A stretch of 64,000 bases of DNA from positions 2,648 through 66,647 of the forward strand of contig JAQBPN010000014.1 in the NCBI GenBank assembly GCA_028287505.1. The letters are read 5' to 3'. The stretch is from Fibrobacterota bacterium (lineage in GTDB: Bacteria; Fibrobacterota; Fibrobacteria; UBA11236). The position numbers were made by a program, and so were the translations under genes. Of the stretch, positions 45,929 to 55,172 are shown piece after piece; positions within the stretch are counted from its first letter, which is position 1, and the number at the start of each line of letters is the position of its first letter. The notes under the pieces are model-generated. The model was given only the letters and a program-made list of their open reading frames with translations. It was not told the origin of the DNA and searched no databases.

Positions 45929-48265
45929 GTGCATATTGAGTTCGTCGAAATCGCAAACTTTAGGAAGTTGCTTTCAACACGCGTCGATCTATCGACCACG
46001 ACAACACTTTTTGTCGGGGCCAACAATAGTGGCAAGACGTCGGCAATGCTCACTTTGCGCCGTTTTCTTTCGCCACGCCGTTGCCCTTTTGAGATACATG
46101 ACGTTACCCTATGCCACTGGCCCGCAATCATTGCGCTCGGTAAGAGTTGGATCACAGCGCACGACGCAGGGGACGTCGTTGATCTGGTTCTGGCCCCCTG
46201 GGTTAGCGTTCTCCCGACGCTTGACCTCTGGCTGCATGTCGAGACCGGCGAGATGCATCACGTTCGTGATCTGATTCCAACACTTGATTGGGAAGGTGGC
46301 AGGCTGGGCGTCCGACTGCGCTACGAGCCCAAGGATCTCGACCTGCTATACAAGGACTTTATGCGTGCCGTGAGCGACGCCGAGGCGATAAAGGCAGCGG
46401 CAATTGACGTTGCGGCGGCGGAACATCCGGACGCTGATCCTCCCCCGGCTCCTCCCAAGCTAACGATTTGGCCGGCGAACCTTGTCGACTTTCTTAGCAA
46501 GAGGCTCTCCACCCACTTCACAATCCGCGCCTACTCGCTGGATCCGACCAAGCTCGCGGCTTCCAAAAACTCCCTGGCGCAACCGCAGGTGCTACCGCTC
46601 GCGTCGCTACCGATCGAAGGCGATCCTTTGCACGGCCTAATCCGTGTGCATGATATCCCCGCACAACGCGGGTTCGGTGAAGAGCAGTCCGGCCAAGATG
46701 ACGAAGACGGTCCAGCCGCTGTGGCGGGCAGCCGTCTGTCGGAGCAGTTGAGAACCTACTATGCCAAGCATCTCGATCCGACAAAGGGACCCGATCCGAG
46801 GGATCTCGGGGCGCTCCAAGCGATCGAGGCCGCCCAGGACGCGTTCGACAAGCGGCTGACTGAAAGCTTCAAAGACGCATTCGATGAGGTCGAAGACATG
46901 GGCTATCCCGGTGTGACCGATCCCCGTCCGCGTGTGTCAACCCGACTGAAGGCGATTGACGGACTCAACCACAGTGCGGCAATTAGCTTCGAGGTCGATG
47001 TGGTCGCTGAGGATGGTGCGACTACACCCCTCCTACGATTACCCGAGGCCAGTAACGGGCTCGGCTATCAGAACTTGATCTCGATGATTTTCAGGCTGAT
47101 GAGCTTCCGCGACGCGTGGATGCGCGTCGGCAAGGCATCGAAAGGTACGACGATTGCTAGCACCGAGCCGCTCCATCTGGTGCTAGTCGAGGAACCCGAG
47201 GCACATCTTCACGCGCAGGTCCAGCAGGTCTTCATAAAAAAGGCCTATGCCGTGCTGCGAGCCCATGATGACTTGGGCGATAGCAAGAAGCTTCGCACCC
47301 AACTCGTGGTCAGCACCCACTCGAGCCACGTGGCACATGAAACCTTGTTCTCCTGCCTTCGCTATTTCCGTCGACTGCCGGCCGGCATGGCAGCCAAGGT
47401 GCCGGTTTCGACAGTCGTCAACCTGTCCGATGTGTTCGGTCCTGGAAGTGAGACCGAGCGATTCGTCACGCGCTATCTGCGTGCGCAGCATGCCGATCTG
47501 TTCTTCGCCGATGCCGCCATCCTTGTGGAAGGGCCGGCCGAGCGCATGCTCGTCCCCAATTTCATTCGTGCCCATTATGACAAGCTTAATCAGTGCTACA
47601 TCACGCTACTCGAGATAGGTGGCAGCCATGCACATCGTCTTAGGCCGCTGATAGATCATCTCGGGCTGCTGACGCTAATCATCACCGACCTCGATACTCT
47701 CGACCGTACCGGCGGCGTATCGGTACCACCGGCAAAGGGTGCCAACCAGAAAACCAACAACGCGACGCTAAAGGCCTGGGTGCCGGGTGTCGAGGACGTC
47801 GATGCTCTCATGGATGCTAATGCCTCAGCCAAGACCTTAGGCATGGACGGTGATCTCCTGTTTGCGGTGCGCGCCGCCTATCAAACCCCGCTGGTTGTGA
47901 CCGCACCGGGGTCCGCTGGGCCCGAAACGGCCTATCCTTACACGTTCGAGGATGCACTCGCGTTCGAGAACCTCGCCTTATTCGCGACGCTTAATGGGAC
48001 AGGTCTAGTGCGTAAGTTTCACGAAGCGATCACGAAAGGTGGTGGTGTGACTGCGATCGGCCAACGCATGTATGATGCCCTCAAGAGCGGCAAGAAAGCC
48101 GAGTTTGCGCTCGATGTCCTAGAGCTTGAGAAGTTCGACGACATCGTCGTGCCCGGCTACATTGCCGAGGGACTCGAATGGCTCCTCAAGCAGCTCAAGA
48201 AGAAGCAGCTCGAAATCCTGCCTCAGGTGGAGCAGCCAGAACAAGCCGAGCAGGCCGAAACATGA
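45929..48265 (+). CDS. OLD-family ATP-dependent nuclease (ABC-type ATPase + Toprim), class-2 OLD / GajA-like
   Basis: N-terminus MHIEFVEIANFRKL...FVGANNSGKTS (Walker A). Walker B LHLVLVEEPEAHLH and H-loop VVSTHSSH. Toprim ILVEGPAERMLVPNF and IITDLDTLD. GTG start is preceded by CAGGAG. Confidence 0.85.
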   Translation: MHIEFVEIANFRKLLSTRVDLSTTTTLFVGANNSGKTSAMLTLRRFLSPRRCPFEIHDVTLCHWPAIIALGKSWITAHDAGDVVDLVLAPWVSVLPTLDLWLHVETGEMHHVRDLIPTLDWEGGRLGVRLRYEPKDLDLLYKDFMRAVSDAEAIKAAAIDVAAAEHPDADPPPAPPKLTIWPANLVDFLSKRLSTHFTIRAYSLDPTKLAASKNSLAQPQVLPLASLPIEGDPLHGLIRVHDIPAQRGFGEEQSGQDDEDGPAAVAGSRLSEQLRTYYAKHLDPTKGPDPRDLGALQAIEAAQDAFDKRLTESFKDAFDEVEDMGYPGVTDPRPRVSTRLKAIDGLNHSAAISFEVDVVAEDGATTPLLRLPEASNGLGYQNLISMIFRLMSFRDAWMRVGKASKGTTIASTEPLHLVLVEEPEAHLHAQVQQVFIKKAYAVLRAHDDLGDSKKLRTQLVVSTHSSHVAHETLFSCLRYFRRLPAGMAAKVPVSTVVNLSDVFGPGSETERFVTRYLRAQHADLFFADAAILVEGPAERMLVPNFIRAHYDKLNQCYITLLEIGGSHAHRLRPLIDHLGLLTLIITDLDTLDRTGGVSVPPAKGANQKTNNATLKAWVPGVEDVDALMDANASAKTLGMDGDLLFAVRAAYQTPLVVTAPGSAGPETAYPYTFEDALAFENLALFATLNGTGLVRKFHEAITKGGGVTAIGQRMYDALKSGKKAEFALDVLELEKFDDIVVPGYIAEGLEWLLKQLKKKQLEILPQVEQPEQAEQAET

Positions 48266-50175
48266 GTGCCGACGACGACCAGTTCGACACCGTTGCAGAC
48301 GAGACTATCCTCAGCTGTCTAGACTTGGAGAAGCCGAGAAGCTTATTCCTCTATGCGGGCGCGGGATCTGGCAAGACGCGTTCGCTAGTAAATGCTATTC
48401 GTACGGTCTGCCGTGAGCAGGGTCGGCGTCTATCTCTAACTGGGCAGAAAATCGGCGTCATTACCTATACCAACGCTGCGTGCGACGAGATCAAGCAGCG
48501 GCTTGAGTTCGACCCGCGAGTCGAGGTGTCGACGATCCATGCCTTCGCTTGGTCATTGATTGCTGGGTATAACAAAGATATCAGGCAATGGCTCGCCGCA
48601 AGGCTGCTCCATGATGTCGCCGAACTCAAGGAGGCTCAAGCCAAGGGCCGTGCTGGCACCAAGGCCGCTGTGGACCGTGCCCGCTCGATTGAGAGCAAGC
48701 TGCGTCGCCACGCAGGTTTAGATGCGATTACGCGCTTCGTCTACAGTCCGACTGGCGATAACAGAACCCGCGACTCCCTTAACCATGCCGAAGTCATTGT
48801 GATGACAGCCGATTTTCTGAGCGCGAAACCTGGTCTACGTCGCCTGCTGGTAACCCGATTTCCTATCCTGCTGATCGATGAGAGCCAAGACACGAACCGC
48901 AGGCTCATGGATGTGCTGCTCGACGTCGAGGCAGCATACCGCGGTACTTTTTGCCTTGGCCTCTTCGGCGATATGATGCAGCGCATCTACGCCGACGGGA
49001 AGGATCGCCTGGCCGAGGCGATCCCCGAGAGTTGGGGGCGGCCACGTAAGCGAATGAACCATCGCTGCCCGACCAGGGTCATCGAGCTCATCAACAGGAT
49101 CCGCCAGGACGAGGATCGCGAGGAGCAGGTACCGCGAAGCGATGCCAGCGTCGGCGTCGTCCGATTGTTCGTTGTGTCGCATGCGATCACCGACAAGACT
49201 GGAATCGAGGCTGCGATCGCCGCGAGGATGGCCGAGATCACGGGCGATCAGAATTGGGCCGCGGGATCAGCAGCGATCAAGACGCTTGCTCTGGAGCATC
49301 TAATGTCGGCTCGCCGCTTCGGGTTCGAGGCGTTCTTCGAGCCACTCTATTCTGTCGAGCGGATTCGTACGAGCCTCCTTCAAGGGACCGGCGCCGGCAT
49401 TGGGTTGTTTACGCGCGAGATCCTGCCCCTGGTCACCGCACTACGCGCGTCGGACCGCTTCGCAGCCGCTGCGATCGTCCGGCGCACTTCACCACTCCTT
49501 GAGCACAAGGCGCTTGAGGAGGCTGGGGACAGGCAGTCCAACGTTCTCAGCAAGACTAACGCGACCTGCGATGGTCTTCTGGCGCTGGTGTCGGCTGCTG
49601 AAAAGCCAACGGCGCGCGCGGTGTTAGGCTATGTTGCCGAGACAGGTCTCTTTACACTCCCCGACGTGCTAGCGCCGTTTGCTGCTGCCGACGAAGCTGC
49701 GCTCGTAGGCGAAGCAGGAGAAGATGCTGATGATGAAACCGGCGAAGAAGAAGAGAACGATCTCAAGAGTGAGCTTGGCGGGTGGCGCTTAGCACTCGAA
49801 GCGCCATTTGATCAGATCGAGAAATATGATCGCTATGTCCGGGGCGTCTCGCAGTTCGATACACACCAGGGAGTGAAGGGCTTGGAGTTTCCACGCGTGA
49901 TGGTCATCGTAAGCGATGAGGAAGCGCGCGGGTTTATGTTCGCCTACGATAAGCTCTTTGGGACGAAGGAAAAGAGTAAGACCGACCTTGAAAATGAAGC
50001 ATTTGGCAAGGAAACCACGGTTGACCGGACGCGTCGGCTTTTCTATGTGACCTGTAGTCGTGCCGAGGAGAGTCTCGCGGTCGTCTACTACGCCGCCAAT
50101 CCTGCACTAGCGCGAGAAGCCATGATTAGGCAGGGCTGGTTCAAGCCAGAAGAGATCGAGATCATCGGAAAATGA
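48262..50175 (+). CDS. UvrD/PcrA/Rep-like superfamily-1 helicase, GajB-like
   Basis: Motif I LYAGAGSGKTRSLV, motif II LLIDESQDT, motifs V/VI HQGVKGLEFPRVMVIV and RRLFYVTCSRAEESLAVV. ATG at 48262 overlaps the OLD stop (ATGA). Confidence 0.85.
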   Translation: MSADDDQFDTVADETILSCLDLEKPRSLFLYAGAGSGKTRSLVNAIRTVCREQGRRLSLTGQKIGVITYTNAACDEIKQRLEFDPRVEVSTIHAFAWSLIAGYNKDIRQWLAARLLHDVAELKEAQAKGRAGTKAAVDRARSIESKLRRHAGLDAITRFVYSPTGDNRTRDSLNHAEVIVMTADFLSAKPGLRRLLVTRFPILLIDESQDTNRRLMDVLLDVEAAYRGTFCLGLFGDMMQRIYADGKDRLAEAIPESWGRPRKRMNHRCPTRVIELINRIRQDEDREEQVPRSDASVGVVRLFVVSHAITDKTGIEAAIAARMAEITGDQNWAAGSAAIKTLALEHLMSARRFGFEAFFEPLYSVERIRTSLLQGTGAGIGLFTREILPLVTALRASDRFAAAAIVRRTSPLLEHKALEEAGDRQSNVLSKTNATCDGLLALVSAAEKPTARAVLGYVAETGLFTLPDVLAPFAAADEAALVGEAGEDADDETGEEEENDLKSELGGWRLALEAPFDQIEKYDRYVRGVSQFDTHQGVKGLEFPRVMVIVSDEEARGFMFAYDKLFGTKEKSKTDLENEAFGKETTVDRTRRLFYVTCSRAEESLAVVYYAANPALAREAMIRQGWFKPEEIEIIGK

Positions 50176-50886
50176 GCGATCTACTGGCAAGAGAATGGCC
50201 GCTTTCTAATCACTTGATTTCAAACAGGCCATCCACTAATCGCCAAATTGCAGCTACAATCTCATCGATCAACGAATGACTGGATTTGGTCAGCCGGGAC
50301 GATACTGTGGACATTCGCTATGGGTCGATACTGGACAAAAGGTCTAGCATTCGCTTTGCCCTTCCTGGGCATACTTAGCAAAACCCGTCCCACCACTGAT
50401 CACAACCACCTCCAGCCTGGAGCCCGCGTACATGCTACGCATTGCGGGATCGCAAATGGCTTGGAAAGGGTGCGCGGTAGTTCGCACTAAGCTTCGGGCT
50501 GGCGCTTACGCGTTCCTCCTCCCACTCGGTCGTCGTCTGTGTTAGCTGGTCCTCAGCTTGTGCTCACTACATGCCGCAGGGGTTCGATACGGGGGCGGTA
50601 GCGCCCCACTTCATTCGCGTCCTCGCATATCGCGCATCCCTTTCCAAGCAACTTCAGGCTTGGGTGGCATTGGGCGAAATGGGACCTTGAAGAGTGGCCC
50701 TTCGGCCAATGTTTAGAGGTTATTTTTTGGGAGCGGGAAATCAGGAAATGAAAGCAAAGTCAAGCGGGCATGAGAGTATACCGGATTCAAAAAGGTCTGG
50801 CCTATTCTCCGGAAGAGCCGAATAACCGGGTATTCAAACCGCCCGTGCTGCTTGTGAACCGGCTGCAATACGGAAGGAAATAGACT

Positions 50887-51885
50887 GTGGCATTCTTTAG
50901 CTTAAACCACCGGGAAATTCGGCAAGGCGATATAGTTCTAACAAGGGATAGGTCTAAGACAAGCAAATGGATTCAGTTCAGTACACAAGGTGAATTCTCA
51001 CACGCAATTATTTACCTGGGAAATTATAGCCTGATTGAGGCAACGCTGGAAGGAGTGCACGTATCAAATTCACTTAGGAAAAGATTTGAGTCTCCAGATG
51101 ATGTTTCCGTGTATCGGCATAAAAAAAATCTCTCTCCAAATGAACTCCAATCCATGTGTGATTGGGCCAGGACAAACTACGCCGCGCAATACAATTTACT
51201 TGGGGCTATTGGTGCGGGCATTGGTGTTGAATTTGAGAGTGAGAGAAAGCAAACCTTTTGTTCAAAATTTGCCTGTATGGCCTATCAAAATATCGGGCAT
51301 TCAGTAGTGGATAATCCTTCAATAGCAACTCCTTCTGATATTTCGAAATCCGGGCACCTGTATCGAATAGATAAGTATCTCGTGAAAATTGAAAAAGAGG
51401 ATGAGGATTCGGAACCGAACCAAAATGAACGTCAAAAAGCGCTAATAAATGCTTTCATGATGAACGTGCGCGAAATTGCGGGAAAGAATGTCCAGACTTT
51501 CAACGACGTTGACCAGATTGTTTTAGAAAACAGAGAATTAGATAAGCCAATATCAGATTTGCTAGTTCAATCAGGATACCTTAACATGTGGCAATGGGAC
51601 GTTGAAATTTGCCCTTTCCATTACGACCTAGATAATCTTGGTGCACATGTAAAAAAATGGGGATTTACAAAAGAAGATTTGATGGATTATTGTGCGGACC
51701 AAATCAAAGCCTGCGACGAAAACGAGCGCCGCTATGCGAACAATTTGGCAGTTTGTGAAGACCTAATGTCCAAGAGACCGAGACAATTTATTCGTCTAAA
51801 GATTAACCTTTACAATACTCTAATCAGACAAACGGAAATAAGAAAAGAAGTTGCGGAAAAGGGAAGTCAGCTTGTCATCGAATAG
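50887..51885 (+). CDS. Permuted papain-fold (YiiX / peptidase C92-like, NlpC/P60 superfamily) domain fused to an unassigned ~160-aa C-terminal domain
   Basis: QGDIVLTRDRSKTSKWIQ...EFSHAIIYLG..LIEATLEGV...KQTFCSKFACMAY matches the YiiX His...Cys layout. GTG start. AT-rich codon usage. Confidence 0.6.
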   Translation: MAFFSLNHREIRQGDIVLTRDRSKTSKWIQFSTQGEFSHAIIYLGNYSLIEATLEGVHVSNSLRKRFESPDDVSVYRHKKNLSPNELQSMCDWARTNYAAQYNLLGAIGAGIGVEFESERKQTFCSKFACMAYQNIGHSVVDNPSIATPSDISKSGHLYRIDKYLVKIEKEDEDSEPNQNERQKALINAFMMNVREIAGKNVQTFNDVDQIVLENRELDKPISDLLVQSGYLNMWQWDVEICPFHYDLDNLGAHVKKWGFTKEDLMDYCADQIKACDENERRYANNLAVCEDLMSKRPRQFIRLKINLYNTLIRQTEIRKEVAEKGSQLVIE

Positions 51886-52060
51886 CGGTGCGACGTCGTA
51901 TAACAATCGAACTGAATGCGCTCTGCCGTTACGCCTTTCCCTTACGCGAACGTCGCGCCGGTGACGCTCCAGGCGCGTCCTTTACAGATCATGCCTTCCG
52001 CCAGTCCTCGAAGCTCATTAGGGTGTTGTTCGGACGAAATAAAATACACGGGACGTTACG

Positions 52061-52426
52061 ATGTGTGGAAGCCTCGAACTACTTAGTCCAATTGAATGGA
52101 AGTCATTGGCGAATATTATTGGGCCTATTTATTCGAATTGGGTAAGGCATAAGTACGGATGGAGAGGCGCTTCAATTGAAGACGAAGAAGCAAATCATTT
52201 TGATTATATTCAAGCAATATATGAAAACGGGGGAAAATTTAGTATTACAGATCATAGTTCTTTAAATAGAATATTATGCACGGCATACTCTCTTTCATTG
52301 ACTGACATTTGCGCGAATTTGGGAGCGTGTCGAAATATTTGCCTGGCCACTCCCCACGATTTTGAATCATTCAAAAAAAGAATTGAGTGCGAAGTATATA
52401 AGATTAAATTAGCTCAAATTATTTAG
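52061..52426 (+). CDS. Hypothetical protein (121 aa), AT-rich cassette
   Basis: Only sizeable ORF in this interval, on the same strand as its neighbours. No domain recognised. Confidence 0.4.
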   Translation: MCGSLELLSPIEWKSLANIIGPIYSNWVRHKYGWRGASIEDEEANHFDYIQAIYENGGKFSITDHSSLNRILCTAYSLSLTDICANLGACRNICLATPHDFESFKKRIECEVYKIKLAQII

Positions 52427-52491
52427 CGGCTTGTTGGACCTATCCACCCTTAACAAGGGTGCAAAAAATAAAAATGAGAAACGAAATTTAA

Positions 52492-53172
52492 ATGAAAAAA
52501 ATCGCCATCATCCTTTCAATTCTCCTATTGCTAGTTATTGGTGTCATAAGCATCTGGAGCGCCGACAACGATGGTCTTAATAAAATAGGAACCGTCGCAA
52601 AAGCTCTTCAAGGATTTTGCAATGTTGCGACATTAGTTATCGCAGTTTTGTTATATGAAAAATATGGAATGGACGAGCCGATAAAGGAGAAGCAGCTAGA
52701 TGTTGTTCTAAAATGCTTAGAAAAATCTAAGAAGGTATTCGTTTTTTTCGAGGGGCAGATAACAGGAGGTGGAGGATCTGTAATTAGTTTTAGGCCTGCT
52801 GAACAGGCTTGGCATGAGTTCTCAGAGTTTGACAATCAACCGCTTCTATTTCATCACTCATATTTTGTGGGCATGCGAGGAATTGAGGAAATAACAGAAG
52901 ATCTGTATTTCCCTACTGAGCTAAAGCCTCATATACCATTTCTTTCAACCCCAGTGATGACTTCAGTTAATGAAAAGGAGCGAGTTGGATATTTCGTTGC
53001 TAGTTGTCCAATACGGGAAATGAATGAAGATAAGACAAAAATTGGAAAAGTTTGGAAACGAGAATTGAAAATATCAAATATCAAACTCATGTGGAAAACA
53101 TTCATAAATGAACAAGTTGCCTGGATTAACAGTCATTCAAACAATAAGGTCGAGCTAAATATTCTGAAATAA
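52492..53172 (+). CDS. Hypothetical membrane protein (two N-terminal TM helices + ~150-aa soluble domain), AT-rich cassette
   Basis: MKKIAIILSILLLLVIGVISIW and GFCNVATLVIAVLLY are hydrophobic helices. ATG is preceded by an A-rich leader. No domain recognised. Confidence 0.5.
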   Translation: MKKIAIILSILLLLVIGVISIWSADNDGLNKIGTVAKALQGFCNVATLVIAVLLYEKYGMDEPIKEKQLDVVLKCLEKSKKVFVFFEGQITGGGGSVISFRPAEQAWHEFSEFDNQPLLFHHSYFVGMRGIEEITEDLYFPTELKPHIPFLSTPVMTSVNEKERVGYFVASCPIREMNEDKTKIGKVWKRELKISNIKLMWKTFINEQVAWINSHSNNKVELNILK

Positions 53173-53495
53173 ATTCCCGCCTCATAGTCCTGCGTATAAA
53201 GGGAAAGTTATCACGCACTTGGGTCTGGAGTTGGAGGGGGCAATAAGGATAGATGAAAAGAGGATACTAAAGTGATCGAAATAAAAAATACTATCGACAT
53301 TCCGAAATAATAAATTTTGAGTGTCCTACGTGTTCAAATGGTAGGTTTACCGGTGTTGAAAAGGAAATAGTTAAAAAGGAGACCATCGATTCAATTAAAA
53401 ATGGTGAATTAAACGGGCGCACTGCTTATGAATACGAAGCTCGTTACACATGCATTTTTAAGTGCTCGAATCCTAAATGCGGAGATCACATCTTC

Positions 53496-54029
53496 ATGAC
53501 CGGAATGGAGGCAATTGATGAAGAGTTTGTCCGTGGGCAACGTGGTGAACCAGAAACCGAATATTTCAGTGTGTATAACCCTCAGTTTATTAGTCCGCCT
53601 ATCCGCATAGTCCCTCTAAATGAAAAATATCCAAAGTTTGTAAAAGAAGATCTAATCAGTTCATTTCAAGTATTCTGGACTGATTCAAGTGCCTGCGGAA
53701 ATCGAATCAGAGTTTGTGTCGAAAATCTTCTGGCCCATTTCAAAATCTCTAAGTTAACACCAAAGAAAAAGTTCAAGTCGCTTGAAAGTCGTATAAAGGA
53801 ATTCAAAGTACAATACCCGAAATACGAGACGCTTGCAAATAATTTGCTAGCCATCAAATGGATGGGCAACGTAGCGTCACATGAAGAGATCTCAAGAGAA
53901 GATGTGGCAACAGCTTACCAAATATTTGGGTTTGTCCTGGATGAGATATTTCATAATCGTAAAGAGCAAATGGATAAAATGTCTAGGTTGATTATTAAGA
54001 AAAAGGGAAAAACAAAGAAGAAGCGTTAG
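53496..54029 (+). CDS. DUF4145-like domain protein; the reading frame continues upstream (to 53271) through a Zn-ribbon-like segment without a canonical start
   Basis: The C-terminal part ..CGNRIRVCVENLL...LESRIKEF...LLAIKWMGNVASHEE..A..IFGFVLDEIF fits the DUF4145 pattern (..GN..aH). The upstream in-frame segment encodes ECPTCSNGRF...CIFKCSNPKCGDH. Confidence 0.6.
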   Translation: MTGMEAIDEEFVRGQRGEPETEYFSVYNPQFISPPIRIVPLNEKYPKFVKEDLISSFQVFWTDSSACGNRIRVCVENLLAHFKISKLTPKKKFKSLESRIKEFKVQYPKYETLANNLLAIKWMGNVASHEEISREDVATAYQIFGFVLDEIFHNRKEQMDKMSRLIIKKKGKTKKKR

Positions 54030-54117
54030 CATCGGCTAACAGTCACTCAGATGAGGTCGCACCGGAATCGCCCGCATCGCGCCCGCAAATGGGCCTTCGA
54101 GGAGCCTGCTGGCCCAG

Positions 54118-54253
54118 AAAATTATTCTGCTTCCCCGCCCATTTTATTACCCTTTAAGAAGCTTCCAGGCACGCCCCTGTCCCGTGCCGCGATTCCAGTT
54201 CTTTCCCTAAACGGTGCCTTAATGCGTTCGATACGATGGTTCTCCTGGCCCAC
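54118..54253 (+). repeat. Direct repeat copy A (~136 bp): orphan copy of the promoter region plus first 11 codons of the FN3-repeat gene
   Basis: Manual alignment to 57548-57682 gives about a dozen differences over ~136 nt. The last 32 nt (ATGCGTTCGATACGATGGTTCTCCTGGCCCAC) are identical. Confidence 0.85.
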
Positions 54254-54270
54254 TTTAAGCTGCTTCATTG

Positions 54271-55002
54271 TTATCGTTCCCAGTGAACTTCGTTTGGATT
54301 GGAATTAGTAGGCCGCAAGGAGGGCAGGGCAACCGGTTCATTAACGTGACGTATCCAGGCATATGCATCATAGACCACCTTGAGATCAGCCAGAAGTCCG
54401 GAGATCAGAACCGCCAGCAGCCACCAGGGAAAATGCTTCACAGCATAATAGGGTGTGATCATGTCCTTTGAGGGTAATGTGGGTGGTCGTTCCTCCAAGT
54501 CCTGGATCCGCTTATTCGCGGTGGCAAGTTCCACATCCCTCTCTTCCAGTTGCATTCGAATTCCCAGAGTTGGATCCGTGGCGGGCCTTTCCGCTTTCGG
54601 CTTCAATCCCTCAACGCGCCCTTTGGTAACGATGTTGTTGGTCAAGCCTGCAATCTTATCCAAGTAGAATTCTCCGCTATTGAACCACTGCTGCTGGGTC
54701 GCGGAGTTCATCCAGACCTTGACGTTGTCAAATTCCGTTATCCAATATGTTTCATCGGACTCGCTACGCAGTATTCGCTCAGCCTGGACGAGGTTTGCAT
54801 AAAAATCGGCTTTGAGCTTGTGCCTTTGTGGCGCAATCATCGGCACTTCCCACCGACGCCGGATCGAAATAATCTGATCTTCAATCTGGTCAAATTGCTC
54901 GACCAATTCTTCTCTTGTCATAAGTGATTCAAATAGTAGCTTTTTGGTGGATACCTTCCGCCATACTCCATCCTCTACGCTACTCCCATGATTTCGGACC
55001 AC
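54271..55002 (-). CDS. Hypothetical protein with coiled-coil-like region and C-terminal TM helix
   Basis: Longest ORF in the interval. Hydrophobic helix WWLLAVLISGLLADL near the C-terminus. Divergent from the TetR gene. No domain recognised. Confidence 0.45.
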   Translation of the reverse strand: MVRNHGSSVEDGVWRKVSTKKLLFESLMTREELVEQFDQIEDQIISIRRRWEVPMIAPQRHKLKADFYANLVQAERILRSESDETYWITEFDNVKVWMNSATQQQWFNSGEFYLDKIAGLTNNIVTKGRVEGLKPKAERPATDPTLGIRMQLEERDVELATANKRIQDLEERPPTLPSKDMITPYYAVKHFPWWLLAVLISGLLADLKVVYDAYAWIRHVNEPVALPSLRPTNSNPNEVHWER

Positions 55003-55172
55003 CTGACTTGTTAAGAACTAGTAGCCAACTCCCCGACCTCTCAAAAAGGCACCAAGCCGATCAAGACTTATCAAGACCTCCCCTTTTTAAAGGGTTTAGC
55101 GCATGCTGCATCTCCTGGATCCCAAATTTTGCTAGAATACTGTGATGGATTGATTTTTTTACGAGGGATCCA

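Noticed and set aside
50570-50600. tRNA-like T-loop (GGGGTTCGATAC) that could mark an island attachment site
   Set aside because: The flanking bases cannot form a T-stem or acceptor stem, and no anticodon arm can be drawn.
51888-52145. 85-aa ORF between cassette genes 1 and 2
   Set aside because: It has no RBS, an Arg-rich odd composition, and overlaps the start of the 121-aa ORF. The locally higher G+C of 51.89-52.05 kb was noted but could not be interpreted.
54051-54308. 85-aa ORF
   Set aside because: It is created by reading through direct-repeat copy A. Its C-terminal MRSIRWFSWPT is the duplicated start of the FN3-repeat gene, followed by unrelated sequence. It is a fragment, not a gene.
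55060-55077. Direct repeat ATCAAGAC-TT-ATCAAGAC in the TetR divergent promoter region as a TetR operator
   Set aside because: It is a direct rather than inverted repeat and very short. There is not enough evidence to call it an operator.
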